This document shows positions 35,482 to 45,030 of a stretch of DNA of 64,000 bases, one piece after another (position 1 is the stretch's first letter; every line of letters starts with the position of its first letter). The position numbers were made by a program, and so were the translations under genes. Origin of the DNA: Candidatus Iainarchaeum sp. (GTDB lineage: Archaea > Iainarchaeota > Iainarchaeia > Iainarchaeales > 1-14-0-10-31-34); NCBI GenBank assembly GCA_017609625.1, contig JAFCDN010000003.1:1387-65386 (forward strand), read 5' to 3'. Under the pieces are notes generated by a model. It ran no database searches and was not told the DNA's origin. It saw only the letters and a program-made list of their open reading frames with translations.

Positions 35482-38088
35482 ATGCCAGACTTTTTTGCTT
35501 TAAGCGTAAAAGAAACTTTTGAAAAGCTGAAAACCAGAGAGAAGGGATTAAGCGATGCTCAAGCGTTTGAAAGAAAAGAAAAGTTTGGATTAAATAAACT
35601 TATAGAAAAAAAAGGAACAACAAAACTGGAAATATTGTTTAATCAGTTTAAGAGTCTGATTATCTGGATTTTGATTGTTGCAGCAGTAATTTCTTTTTTT
35701 ATCGGAGAAACTTTGGATGCAACAGTAATAATAATTCTGGTTGTGGTTAATGCAGTAATAGGTTTTGTGCAGGAACTAAATGCAGATAAATCAATTTCCG
35801 CACTGAAAAAATTAATGAACTTAAAAGCAATAATAAAAAGAAACGGAAAAATAATTGAAATAGATTCAGAACAGCTGGTTCCAGGAGATTTGATTTTATT
35901 AGAAGAAGGAATGAAAGTTCCTGCAGACATAAGATTGATTGAAACAATTCAGCTGGAAACAATGGAAGCTTCTTTAACAGGAGAAAGCACTCCGGTAGTA
36001 AAAGCAATTGAAGAACTAGAAAAAGAAACGCATCTGGCTGACAGAAAAAATATGGTTTTTTCCGGCACAGCAATATCAAAAGGAAAAGGAAAAGGAATTG
36101 TAACTTCAACTGGAATGAAAACAGAAATAGGAAAGATAGCAAATCTTTTACAGGAACAGGAAGAGCCTCCTACTTTATTACAGCAAAAACTTGCTTTTTT
36201 AGGAAAATGGATTGCAATTGCAACAATTATAATCTGTGTAATAGTTTTTTTCAGCCAGATTGCAGTGTTAAAGGAATTTTCTTTTTCCAAGGCATCAAAT
36301 GCTTTTATGGTTGCAGTCAGTTTAGCTGTTGCAGCTATTCCAGAAGGCCTTCCAACAATAGTTACAATTTCTTTGGCTTTAGGAATTCAGAGAATGGTGA
36401 AAAAAAAATCTTTAATCAGAAGCTTGCCTGCAGTTGAAACTCTTGGTTCAGTGGATGTAATTTGCACAGACAAAACCGGAACTTTAACTTTAAATGAAAT
36501 GAGTGTAAGAGAAATATATTTTTCAGGAAAAAATATTAAAGTAACAGAAGGAAAACAAAAGTTTTTGGTTGCAGGAGAAGAAGAAATAAATTTAACAAAA
36601 ATATTAAATGCGGGGGTTTTATGCAATAATTCAGTTTTAGGAGAAAAAGCAATCGGAGATCCGACAGAAACTGCTTTGCTTGAAGCAGGAATAAAAGCAG
36701 GGATAAAAAAAGAAAAGCTTGATGAATTGTTTCCGCGTGTAAACGAAATTCCTTTTTCTTCTGAAAGGAAATTAATGACTACAGTTCACGAATACAGAGG
36801 AAAAAAAATTTCTTTTACTAAAGGAGCGCCAGATACAGTATTAGAATTATGCACTAAAATTTTTGAAAACGGAAAAGTAAGAGCAATAACTTTTGCAGAC
36901 AAGGAAAAAATCCTGAAAGCAAACAGTGAAATTGCAGACAAGGCAATGCGTGTGCTTGGATTTGCGTTTAAGGAGGAGGACACAGAAAAAGAAGAAAAAA
37001 TGGTTTTTCTTGGATTGCAGGGAATGAATGATCCTCCAAGAAAAGAAGTAAAGCTTTCACTTGAATTGTGCAGGCAGGCTGGAATCAAAGTAATAATGAT
37101 TACAGGAGATTATCTTGGAACAGCAAAAGCAATAGCAAAAGAACTTGGATTAGGAACAAATTCTTTAACCGGAAAAGAACTGGAAGAGATTTCAGAAAAA
37201 GAACTAGAAGAAAAAATTGATTCAGTTGATATTTTTGCTAGAGTTAATCCATCTCATAAAATGAAAATAATCCATGCACTTAAAGCAAAAAAGCACATAG
37301 TTGCAATGACCGGCGACGGAGTAAACGATGCTCCTGCATTAAAAAAAGCAGACATTGGAATTTCAATGGGAATAAAAGGAACAGACATTGCAAAAGAATC
37401 CAGTGAAATGATTTTAATGGATGATAATTTTTCTTCTATTGTAGATGCAGTGCAGGAAGGAAGAGGAATTTATGATAACATAAAAAAGTTTGTTAACTAT
37501 CTGCTTTCATGCAATTTAGGGGAAGTTTTGCTGATTTTTTTTGCTATAATAATCTGGTGGAATGAACCAGAAGCATTAATTCCATTAATTCCAATTCAAT
37601 TACTTTGGCTGAATATTGTAACAGATGGACTTCCAGCGCTTGCATTGGGTTTGGATCCGGCTGAAAAAGGAATAATGCAACGTAAGCCAAGAAATCCGGC
37701 AGAACAAATTATAAACAAAAAAATGTTTTATTCAATTGGCTTTATTGGAGTGTTAATTGGATTAGGTTCTCTTGGATTGTTTGCATTTCATTTAGATAAA
37801 GGATTAGTTGTAGCACAAACTGTTGCTTTTACTTCTTTAGTTGTGTTTGAGATTTTCAGGTTACAGGCTATCAGATCAAACTTTAAGATTGGAATGTTTT
37901 CAAACAAATGGCTGATTGGGGCAGTTGGAACTTCTTTTGCATTGCAGTTGGCAGTAATTTACACTCCTTTGAATGCGATTTTTAAAACAGCCCCATTAGG
38001 AGTAAATGAATGGCTGGCAATAATAGGGGTTTCAGTTGTATTGTTTGTGTTGAGCTTAGGGTTTAATAAAATAATAAAAGATAAATGA
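35482..38088 (+). CDS. P-type cation-transporting ATPase, P2 (SERCA/PMCA-like)
   Basis: TGES, DKTGTLT, TGDGVNDAPAL, 10-TM layout, PEGLP in M4. Confidence 0.9.
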   Translation: MPDFFALSVKETFEKLKTREKGLSDAQAFERKEKFGLNKLIEKKGTTKLEILFNQFKSLIIWILIVAAVISFFIGETLDATVIIILVVVNAVIGFVQELNADKSISALKKLMNLKAIIKRNGKIIEIDSEQLVPGDLILLEEGMKVPADIRLIETIQLETMEASLTGESTPVVKAIEELEKETHLADRKNMVFSGTAISKGKGKGIVTSTGMKTEIGKIANLLQEQEEPPTLLQQKLAFLGKWIAIATIIICVIVFFSQIAVLKEFSFSKASNAFMVAVSLAVAAIPEGLPTIVTISLALGIQRMVKKKSLIRSLPAVETLGSVDVICTDKTGTLTLNEMSVREIYFSGKNIKVTEGKQKFLVAGEEEINLTKILNAGVLCNNSVLGEKAIGDPTETALLEAGIKAGIKKEKLDELFPRVNEIPFSSERKLMTTVHEYRGKKISFTKGAPDTVLELCTKIFENGKVRAITFADKEKILKANSEIADKAMRVLGFAFKEEDTEKEEKMVFLGLQGMNDPPRKEVKLSLELCRQAGIKVIMITGDYLGTAKAIAKELGLGTNSLTGKELEEISEKELEEKIDSVDIFARVNPSHKMKIIHALKAKKHIVAMTGDGVNDAPALKKADIGISMGIKGTDIAKESSEMILMDDNFSSIVDAVQEGRGIYDNIKKFVNYLLSCNLGEVLLIFFAIIIWWNEPEALIPLIPIQLLWLNIVTDGLPALALGLDPAEKGIMQRKPRNPAEQIINKKMFYSIGFIGVLIGLGSLGLFAFHLDKGLVVAQTVAFTSLVVFEIFRLQAIRSNFKIGMFSNKWLIGAVGTSFALQLAVIYTPLNAIFKTAPLGVNEWLAIIGVSVVLFVLSLGFNKIIKDK

Positions 38089-38089
38089 A

Positions 38090-38593
38090 TTATATCAGAA
38101 TTGCTAAAAGAATCCAGAAAACAACTGTAAGTAAAAAGAAAATCAAAGAAAAAGCTGCAGTAAAATAAAGTGTTTTTCTGCTGTTAATGTAAACAAAAAT
38201 AAAAGGAAAAGAAAGAATAAACAGTAAAATAAAAAGAACTGCAAAAATCAGCACAAAGAAAACAAGCGTGGAAAAAAAAGCATCAGCACTGGAAGCCAGA
38301 GAAAAAACAAGCATCAGAAAAAAAGGAAGCGCAAAAACAATTGATATTCCTGCAGAAATTATTCCTGCAAAAGTTAAAGGTTTCTTAAAATCTGTTTTGG
38401 TTTTTTTTGCTTTAACTGAAGTGAATTTTTTTTCTATTTTGAGAAAATAAGCCAGCAGGGCAAAACTTGATAAAGTAATGGCATTTGCAAGACCAAACAA
38501 GGCAAACTTAAGCAAATTAGGATTGTCTTTTCCAAAAATAATTTTTCCTGCAATTGCACTGGAAATACAGGAAACCAGAACAAACAAAAGCAA
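38090..38593 (-). CDS. Small polytopic membrane protein
   Basis: 167 aa hydrophobic protein with a TTG start. No motif recognised. Confidence 0.45.
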   Translation of the reverse strand: MLLFVLVSCISSAIAGKIIFGKDNPNLLKFALFGLANAITLSSFALLAYFLKIEKKFTSVKAKKTKTDFKKPLTFAGIISAGISIVFALPFFLMLVFSLASSADAFFSTLVFFVLIFAVLFILLFILSFPFIFVYINSRKTLYFTAAFSLIFFLLTVVFWILLAILI

Positions 38594-38641
38594 GGAAAAG
38601 AAAAGCTGGTTTTCTATAATGAAAAGAGAAAAAGAAACTTC

Positions 38642-39655
38642 TTAAGGAATCTCTTTTTTTATTGTTAAATCCTGTGAAAAATTTTCAGAGGGAGCATTAA
38701 TTGAAATCTTTGTGTAATTCAATTTTTTTATTTCATCTTTTCCGTTAAAAAAATTCTCTAAACCTTCTGTTGAACCGTAATAATCTTCAACAAAATATTC
38801 TGTTTCAGTGAAGCCTGTTACTCCTGAAAAAAGCTCTGGAGAAACAAAATCTGTTACATAAATTATAATCGGAATTTCTTTTTCCCCGTAAACTGAAGTC
38901 GGCTTTAAAGGAAAAAATATTTCATCAGAAGGAAAAGAAACAAAAACTCCGATATGCGCAAACTTTATTCTAGGTTCATCATAATAATAAAAGTCTTCAT
39001 TATAATAATCCTGAATCTGGCTTCCAAGCATTTCATTGAAAAGGTTTGTGTCTGAAACCCATACAACAACAAAAGAAAAATCCTTTCCAATGTATTCTTT
39101 TAAAACCGGCTCAGCACTCATTGGAAGCTCTAAATCTTTATCCAATAAATAATCATAAAAAGAACCGGAGTTTTCTGCAGTAATCAATTCAGTTGTAAGG
39201 CCCATCTTTTCTATGTGCTTGTAAACTTCAACTCCATTAAAACCCTCTTCTCCGTCAAGAGAAGCCATTCCCCCAAAAGAAACAGAACCTAAAAAAGCAG
39301 AGCCAAGCAGAAAAACAGGCCACAAATAAGACTGGGTTAAAAAAAGCAGGGTAAAAGAAGAATTAATTGAATCATTTTTTTCCTCTTCAATGGTTTTTCC
39401 GTAAAATTCAGGAAAACCATCCATTATATCCAGCTCAGTTTCTTCTGGCTTTGAAGGAACAGGAAAAATCCACACTGCCTTGTCTCCCTGAATTTCTCCA
39501 ACTTCAATCGACAAAAGCATGTTTTGTTTTCCATTTTCAAAATTTATTGCACACAACTGTCTTTCTTCTGCCTGAAGCTGCCAGTCCTGAAACTTTCTTT
39601 CAATAACCATTCCGTCAGAAAAAACATTTTCTGCAATAAAAGAAAACGCAATCAA
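38642..39655 (-). CDS. Secreted protein, unknown function. The canonical ATG and signal-peptide start lie upstream, out of frame.
   Basis: The track ORF starts at TTG 39655. In-frame upstream codons read ...KKIVLVFIFL with no start codon. ATGAAC-A7 at 39690-39678 is offset by one base (see findings). Confidence 0.55.
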   Translation of the reverse strand: MIAFSFIAENVFSDGMVIERKFQDWQLQAEERQLCAINFENGKQNMLLSIEVGEIQGDKAVWIFPVPSKPEETELDIMDGFPEFYGKTIEEEKNDSINSSFTLLFLTQSYLWPVFLLGSAFLGSVSFGGMASLDGEEGFNGVEVYKHIEKMGLTTELITAENSGSFYDYLLDKDLELPMSAEPVLKEYIGKDFSFVVVWVSDTNLFNEMLGSQIQDYYNEDFYYYDEPRIKFAHIGVFVSFPSDEIFFPLKPTSVYGEKEIPIIIYVTDFVSPELFSGVTGFTETEYFVEDYYGSTEGLENFFNGKDEIKKLNYTKISINAPSENFSQDLTIKKEIP

Positions 39656-39677
39656 AAAAATAAAAACTAAAACAATC

Positions 39678-39684
39678 TTTTTTT
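39678..39684 (-). other. A7 homopolymer (coding strand) separating the ATG from the ORF frame
   Basis: ATGAACAAAAAAAGATTG. An A8 run would give MNKKKIVLVFIFLIAFSFIAENVFS. Confidence 0.6.
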
Positions 39685-39749
39685 GTTCATAAGATAAAAA
39701 AATGCTTAATGTTATATAAATAGCTTTGGAGTTAAAAAAAAAGAAGCAG

Positions 39750-39799
39750 TGCGAGTTTATCTCGCAAATTTTGGCAACCTGCCTTTTCTTAAAAGGCGG
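39750..39799. repeat. Hairpin plus AT-palindrome/linker unit
   Basis: TGCGAG-tttat-CTCGCA. The reverse complement of 39767-39799, ccgccttttaagaaaaggcaggttgccaaaatt, matches 26328-26362. Confidence 0.6.
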
Positions 39800-39800
39800 T

Positions 39801-41516
39801 TTAGCAGCTACCGCTTGGAGTGTTGTTAGTGTTGTCTGCTCCGGAAAGAGTCTTATTGCATCCTTCTAAGTCATTATAAGAACAGACTAATTGTTTCATT
39901 GTTTCAGCTGAAACAGGGAAACCTGCAGTTCTGGAATTGTATACAGTTTGCCCATTGATTACATAAGTTGGAGAACCAGAAACTGCTCCGAAAAATGTTT
40001 TTGCTTCAGCAATGTTTTCCCTGAATAAATTTTTTCCTTCATCTGAATCAAAACATGATTCGATTACAGAAACTTCTATTTCATTTTCTATTGCACAGGC
40101 TTTCCAGTTTCCTTCAACATTTATTATGTCTTTATTAACGCATTCCTGATAGCCTAGTAATTTGTCTCTGTAGTATTTCATTACACAAATCTGTCTGATG
40201 TCTTCATTTACTTCAACTTGGCCATGCAAAGAATCAAAACCGCCTTCTGTTTCTGAAGCAAGGAAATAAATATTGTAAGTTAAATCCGGCAAAGCTTCAA
40301 CAACTTCTTTCAGGTTTTTTTCTGCTTTGGTTCCATAAGGACACTGGCTCATAACAAATAAATCAATGTGATTTTCTTTTTCTGTTTTATTGAAGAATTT
40401 GTTTCCAGTGTAATTCAAAGCATATTCTCCTTCAACTTCTGAAGTGTAAAGCTGGAATTGTTCCCAATTATAGTGTTCTGAAATAGTTGAATCAAAATAA
40501 AATAATGGAACTGTTTCTGACTGAAATTTCTCCAATGCTTTTTTTCCTTCTTCTGAAGCATAGTCTAATTCTGTTACATTAAGTTTTGGAAAAAATCCTT
40601 TTAACTGAGATACAATGGTTTCTGCATCACAAGCTTTACAATCAGAATCATTTACTACAAATAAGTTTACTTCTGTTTCTGGAGGCAGAGTGTCACAGAC
40701 TTCTGCATCAATGTAAGAACAAAGTGTTCTTGTAAGATCTTGTGGGCTTCTTCCCCCTGTGTATGGTTTATTGTTAATGTAATATGAAGGAGAGCTTCCA
40801 ATCTGCAAGTCGTTTGACTTTTTAATGTTTTCTCTTAAAAGATTTTTTCCTGTATCTGAATCAAAACAAGATTCAATTTCAGAAACATTGATTCCAGAAT
40901 TTTCTGCACAAGATTTCCAGTTGGATTCAACATTTTTTATGTCTTGATTTACACAAGTTAAATAATCAAAAAACTTTTTTTGTGAAACTTTTTCCTGTAT
41001 GCAAACTTGTCTTATGTCTTCATCTACTTCAGGCTGTCCATGCAAAGAAGTAAAATCTGAACCTGATTCTGAAGCAATAAAATGAATCTGGAAAACAACT
41101 TTGTCTCCAAAAGCTTCTACTACAGGAATCACAGCATCTTCTGCTTGAGTTCCATAAGGGCACTGACTCATAACAAACAATTCAACTGAAAGAGCATCAG
41201 AAGAAACAGGCTTTTTGTCGGGATTATCATTTCCGTCAGGCAGAATTATTTGTCCTGTCGGGTTTAACTGGTCATGGCCATAAAAACCAAAAAAAGCACC
41301 TACAACTAAAACTATTACAACAGATAAAACTAGGTGTTTTCCAATCAAAAAACTGCTTATATTTGAATCTTTTTCTTCAGGTTTCTCTGTTTTTTGTTCA
41401 ACCTTTTTTTCTAAAAAAGGTTGTTTTTCTTCTACAGGCTTGTCTGAATCTTGATTATTTTCACTCAAATTAATACCCCCAACAAAAGACATATTATATA
41501 TATAACTTTGATTCAA
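39801..41516 (-). CDS. Membrane-anchored protein with two tandem thioredoxin-fold (DsbA/GILT-like) modules
   Basis: The duplicated FVMSQCPYGT(Q/K)AE...SLHGQ(P/V)EV(D/N)EDIRQ(V/I)C...GS(S)P(S/T)Y(Y/V)INg appears in each half. The N-terminal K/E-rich tail carries the repeat unit. Confidence 0.6.
   Translation of the reverse strand: MNQSYIYNMSFVGGINLSENNQDSDKPVEEKQPFLEKKVEQKTEKPEEKDSNISSFLIGKHLVLSVVIVLVVGAFFGFYGHDQLNPTGQIILPDGNDNPDKKPVSSDALSVELFVMSQCPYGTQAEDAVIPVVEAFGDKVVFQIHFIASESGSDFTSLHGQPEVDEDIRQVCIQEKVSQKKFFDYLTCVNQDIKNVESNWKSCAENSGINVSEIESCFDSDTGKNLLRENIKKSNDLQIGSSPSYYINNKPYTGGRSPQDLTRTLCSYIDAEVCDTLPPETEVNLFVVNDSDCKACDAETIVSQLKGFFPKLNVTELDYASEEGKKALEKFQSETVPLFYFDSTISEHYNWEQFQLYTSEVEGEYALNYTGNKFFNKTEKENHIDLFVMSQCPYGTKAEKNLKEVVEALPDLTYNIYFLASETEGGFDSLHGQVEVNEDIRQICVMKYYRDKLLGYQECVNKDIINVEGNWKACAIENEIEVSVIESCFDSDEGKNLFRENIAEAKTFFGAVSGSPTYVINGQTVYNSRTAGFPVSAETMKQLVCSYNDLEGCNKTLSGADNTNNTPSGSC
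41387..41432 (-). repeat. AT-palindrome/linker unit embedded in frame in a CDS (encodes EEKQPFLEKKVEQKT)
   Basis: All 46 nt are identical to 46680-46725 (reverse complement); compared base by base. Confidence 0.85.
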
Positions 41517-41565
41517 AGGCTTTTTAAAAGATTTTATTTGGTTAGTTAATAATCATTTTAAACAG

Positions 41566-42009
41566 TCAAAGCTTTGATTTAATCTGACTTAAAGTTTCTT
41601 TTATATTGCCTAAATCTTTTTTCATGTTTTCAATTTCTCTTTCAGATTTTCTGTTAATCAAATAATCTCTTTCTGCTTTAGCGCGGTCTCTTTGCGTCTG
41701 CCTGTTTTGGCTCATTAAAATTATTGGAGCCTGAACTGCTGCAAGCATGCTTAAACCCAAATTCAATAAAATAAAAGGATATGGATCCCATATTTCAAAA
41801 AATAGGCCATAAAGATTCAAAGCAACCCAAGCTACAATTACAATTCCAAAAATAATTATAAAAGCCCAGCTTCCGCCAAACTGAGTTATTATATCAGCTG
41901 CCTTTTCTCCGAAAGTTGGTTTTCTTGGATAATAATGAGAATGCACATCAAAATTCTTCAAAGTGGGTTTGAAATTTTTATTTTCTTTTTTTTTGGCGTT
42001 CTTTTCCAT
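41566..42009 (-). CDS. DUF1003-family membrane protein
   Basis: FGEKAADIITQFGGSWAFIIIF...WDPYPFILLNLGLSMLAAVQAPIILMSQNRQ...RDRAKAERDY. Confidence 0.72.
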   Translation of the reverse strand: MEKNAKKKENKNFKPTLKNFDVHSHYYPRKPTFGEKAADIITQFGGSWAFIIIFGIVIVAWVALNLYGLFFEIWDPYPFILLNLGLSMLAAVQAPIILMSQNRQTQRDRAKAERDYLINRKSEREIENMKKDLGNIKETLSQIKSKL

Positions 42010-42055
42010 AAAATCAGAAAGAAAAGGTAAAACTAGTTAATAATCATTTCTGTTC

Positions 42056-42553
42056 TCAGGCTTTTCTTTCTATTGTCTTCCTAACAGGTTTGCCGTTTTT
42101 ATCAAAAGTTCTTTCAAAAACTTTTTCAGAAGTTTTTCCCCTTCCTTTTTCTCTGAACTTGACTGTTTTTGTCACGCTTAGTCTTAACCCAAAAGTTGGG
42201 TCTGCAATATCTTTCATTACTGCCCTTGGATCAGGACCCTGCCATTCTCTTCTGACAGTTGACTGAGTCCCGGTTAAAGGATTAGTAAAAGTTCTTTCAT
42301 CAAAAAAAACATTTTTTGCTTTATCAAATCTTATTGTTCCTATTTTGTTTGCATTTTGGATTTGTTGTGCACTTAATTTTTTCTTTATTCTCGGCTGAAG
42401 CAAAGAAAACTTTGAATTTCTTTTAGAATGAGATTTTTTTATTGGAATAAAATGCCCTGTTAATTTTGGAATGCTGGCTTTTTTTGAAAAAAGTTTTGAA
42501 GCAAAGCTTTTTGCTTTTTTTATCGGATGCGGTCTTCTTCTTGCAGCTTCCAA
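42056..42553 (-). CDS. Very basic hypothetical protein (paralog of 45781-46167)
   Basis: RRRPHPIKKAKSF...KKSHSKRNSK. C-terminus KVFERTFDKNGKPVRKTIE aligns with FWITYDKDGKYVSTEFK. Lies 8 nt downstream of valS. Confidence 0.5.
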   Translation of the reverse strand: MEAARRRPHPIKKAKSFASKLFSKKASIPKLTGHFIPIKKSHSKRNSKFSLLQPRIKKKLSAQQIQNANKIGTIRFDKAKNVFFDERTFTNPLTGTQSTVRREWQGPDPRAVMKDIADPTFGLRLSVTKTVKFREKGRGKTSEKVFERTFDKNGKPVRKTIERKA

Positions 42554-42561
42554 AAAAACAC

Positions 42562-44940
42562 CTAAATTGTTTTAATCTTAAATTCTCCTGTAGTTATTTT
42601 TGCATTGCAAACTGCTTTTAAATCATCCAAAGCTTTTCCGATTTTCTGCTGGGTCTCTTTTTCTAAAGTTAATTCAATTTCAGCTTTCATTGAAAGCTGT
42701 TTTTCTGCCTTGAATTTTCTTACTTTAGAGATTATTTCAACTGCTTTTTCTCCTGAATCAAAAGAATTCTTATTTACAAGCTTTTTGTCAAACTCTGGAA
42801 AGCTGGAAATATGGATTGATTTCTTTTTTTCTTTTTTTGTAAAATACAACTGAAAGATTTCTTCTGAAATAAAAGGCATTATCGGCGCAAAGCCTTTCAA
42901 AGTTCCAAGCAAAATCTTTTCTAAAGTATATTGAGCAGAAGCTTTAGAGTTTTTTCCTCTTTTTTCTTCATTATAGATTCTGTCTTTAATTGCTTCCAGA
43001 TAATTGTCTGTAAAATCATTCCAAAAAAAAGATTCTAAAGCAGTTTTTGCTTTGCCATATTCATATACATCATAATGCGAATTCATTTTTTCTGTTACTT
43101 CATTAAATTTATGCAAAATCCATTTATCCATTACTTCAAGTTCTTTTGGTTTTTTTCCATCAAAACCTTCTAAGTTCATTAAAGAAAATTTAGAGGCATT
43201 CCAAAGTTTAGTAATTAGTCTCTGGCCTGTTTGAACGTCTTTTTCCTGGAATGGAGCATCATTTCCTAAATTAATTGAAGACGCCCAATAACGCAATGCA
43301 TCAGCAGAATATTTTTCTATTATTTCCTGCGGGGTAACAATATTTCCTTTTGATTTAGACATTTTTTTTCCTTTTGAATCTAATCCCCAGCCTGAAATCA
43401 TAATGTCTTTCCAGGGAACTTTTTTTGTATGCAAAAGACTTTTTACTACAGTGTTAAAAGCCCAGAAAGTAATTATGTCATGAGCCTGAGGACGCAAATT
43501 CATTGGAAAAATTTTTTTATCAAAATTTGAAGAGCCTTTCCAGTTTGCATTGATTAAAGGAGTAAGAGAACTTGTAGCCCAAGTGTCTAAAACATCTTTT
43601 TCTGCAACAAAATCTGAAGAACCGCATTTGCATTTCTTTTTTGGAGAATCTTTTAACGGGTCAACAGGCAAATCTTTTTTTTGCGCTAAAATTATTTCCC
43701 CGCATTTTTTGCAGTACCATACAGGAAAAGGAATCCCATAAAACCTCTGCCTTGAAATGCACCAGTCCCATTGCAGGCCTTTAATCCAGTTGTCAAATCT
43801 GTGCTTCATAAAAGAAGGAAACCAGTTTAATTCTTCTCCTGCTTTAAGAAAATCTTCTTTTAAATCTAAATATTTGATAAACCATTGTTTTGTAACTAAA
43901 AATTCAATCGGGGTTCCGCATCTTTCATGCACATTTACATTGTGCTTTATCGGTCTTTGCTCTTTCAGCAGATTTTTTTCTTTTAGTTCTTCTAAAATTT
44001 TTTTTCTTGCTTCCAGAATTGAAAGTCCTTTGAATTTTCCTGCTTTTTCATTTAATTTTCCTTCTTTATCTATTATTATTCTTAAATCCAAATTATATGC
44101 TTTCCACCACTCCATGTCTGCCTGGTCGCCAAAAGTGCAGGTCATTACAATTCCAGAACCTTTTTCCGGGTCAGCTCTTGAATCAGCAATAACTTCAACT
44201 GAATAATCCATTAAAGGAACTTTAACTTTTTTTCCGATTAAATGCTTGTTTTTTTTATCTTCTGGGTGAACCATTATAGCCACACAAGCTGGAATTAATT
44301 CCGGCCTGGTAGTAGAAATTACAATTTTTTCTCTGTCTTCAGTTTCAAACAAAACATCATTAAAAGTTGAATTAAATTCTTTGTCTTCTAATTCAACCTG
44401 GGATATTGCAGTATGGCATTCAGGGCACCAGATTGTTGGAGCTTGTTTTCTGTATTCTCTTCCTTTTTCATATAATTCAATAAAAGATAATTGAGACATT
44501 GTCCTGGCTTTTTCGCTTATAGTGCTGTACAACAGTGACCAGTCACAGCTTATTCCCAAGCTTTTCCAGATTTTTTTGTATTCTTCTTCTGCTTTTTTTG
44601 TTTCTTCTAAACAGAGTTTAATGAATTTTTCTCTTCCGATTTCTTTTGCTTTAATTTTTCTTTTGTTTTCAACAAACTTTTCTGTCGGCAGTCCGTTGTC
44701 ATCAAAGCCAAAAGGATAAAATACAGAAAATCCTTTCATTCTTTTATAGCGTGCAATAAATTCTGTCTGGGTATAGCTGAACGCGTGTCCAATATGGATT
44801 GTACCGGAAATGGTTGGAGGCGGGGTATCAATAGTGTACATCTTTGAGCCTGGCTTAAAAGAAAAAAGCTTTTCTTTTTCCCAGTACTCAGACCATTTCT
44901 TTTCTGCTTCTTGCGGATTATATCTTTTTAGCAGGTTCAT
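42562..44940 (-). CDS. valS: Valyl-tRNA synthetase
   Basis: PPPTISGTIHIGHA (HIGH) and KMSKSKGN (KMSKS). 792 aa, class Ia with an editing domain. Confidence 0.93.
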   Translation of the reverse strand: MNLLKRYNPQEAEKKWSEYWEKEKLFSFKPGSKMYTIDTPPPTISGTIHIGHAFSYTQTEFIARYKRMKGFSVFYPFGFDDNGLPTEKFVENKRKIKAKEIGREKFIKLCLEETKKAEEEYKKIWKSLGISCDWSLLYSTISEKARTMSQLSFIELYEKGREYRKQAPTIWCPECHTAISQVELEDKEFNSTFNDVLFETEDREKIVISTTRPELIPACVAIMVHPEDKKNKHLIGKKVKVPLMDYSVEVIADSRADPEKGSGIVMTCTFGDQADMEWWKAYNLDLRIIIDKEGKLNEKAGKFKGLSILEARKKILEELKEKNLLKEQRPIKHNVNVHERCGTPIEFLVTKQWFIKYLDLKEDFLKAGEELNWFPSFMKHRFDNWIKGLQWDWCISRQRFYGIPFPVWYCKKCGEIILAQKKDLPVDPLKDSPKKKCKCGSSDFVAEKDVLDTWATSSLTPLINANWKGSSNFDKKIFPMNLRPQAHDIITFWAFNTVVKSLLHTKKVPWKDIMISGWGLDSKGKKMSKSKGNIVTPQEIIEKYSADALRYWASSINLGNDAPFQEKDVQTGQRLITKLWNASKFSLMNLEGFDGKKPKELEVMDKWILHKFNEVTEKMNSHYDVYEYGKAKTALESFFWNDFTDNYLEAIKDRIYNEEKRGKNSKASAQYTLEKILLGTLKGFAPIMPFISEEIFQLYFTKKEKKKSIHISSFPEFDKKLVNKNSFDSGEKAVEIISKVRKFKAEKQLSMKAEIELTLEKETQQKIGKALDDLKAVCNAKITTGEFKIKTI

Positions 44941-45030
44941 CTAAAAATTTACAGGAAAAATACTTAATAATGTATTCTAAAAGCTGAAGGATTGAAACTG
45001 TTTATAGGTTTTTTGCTGAACAAATAGATT

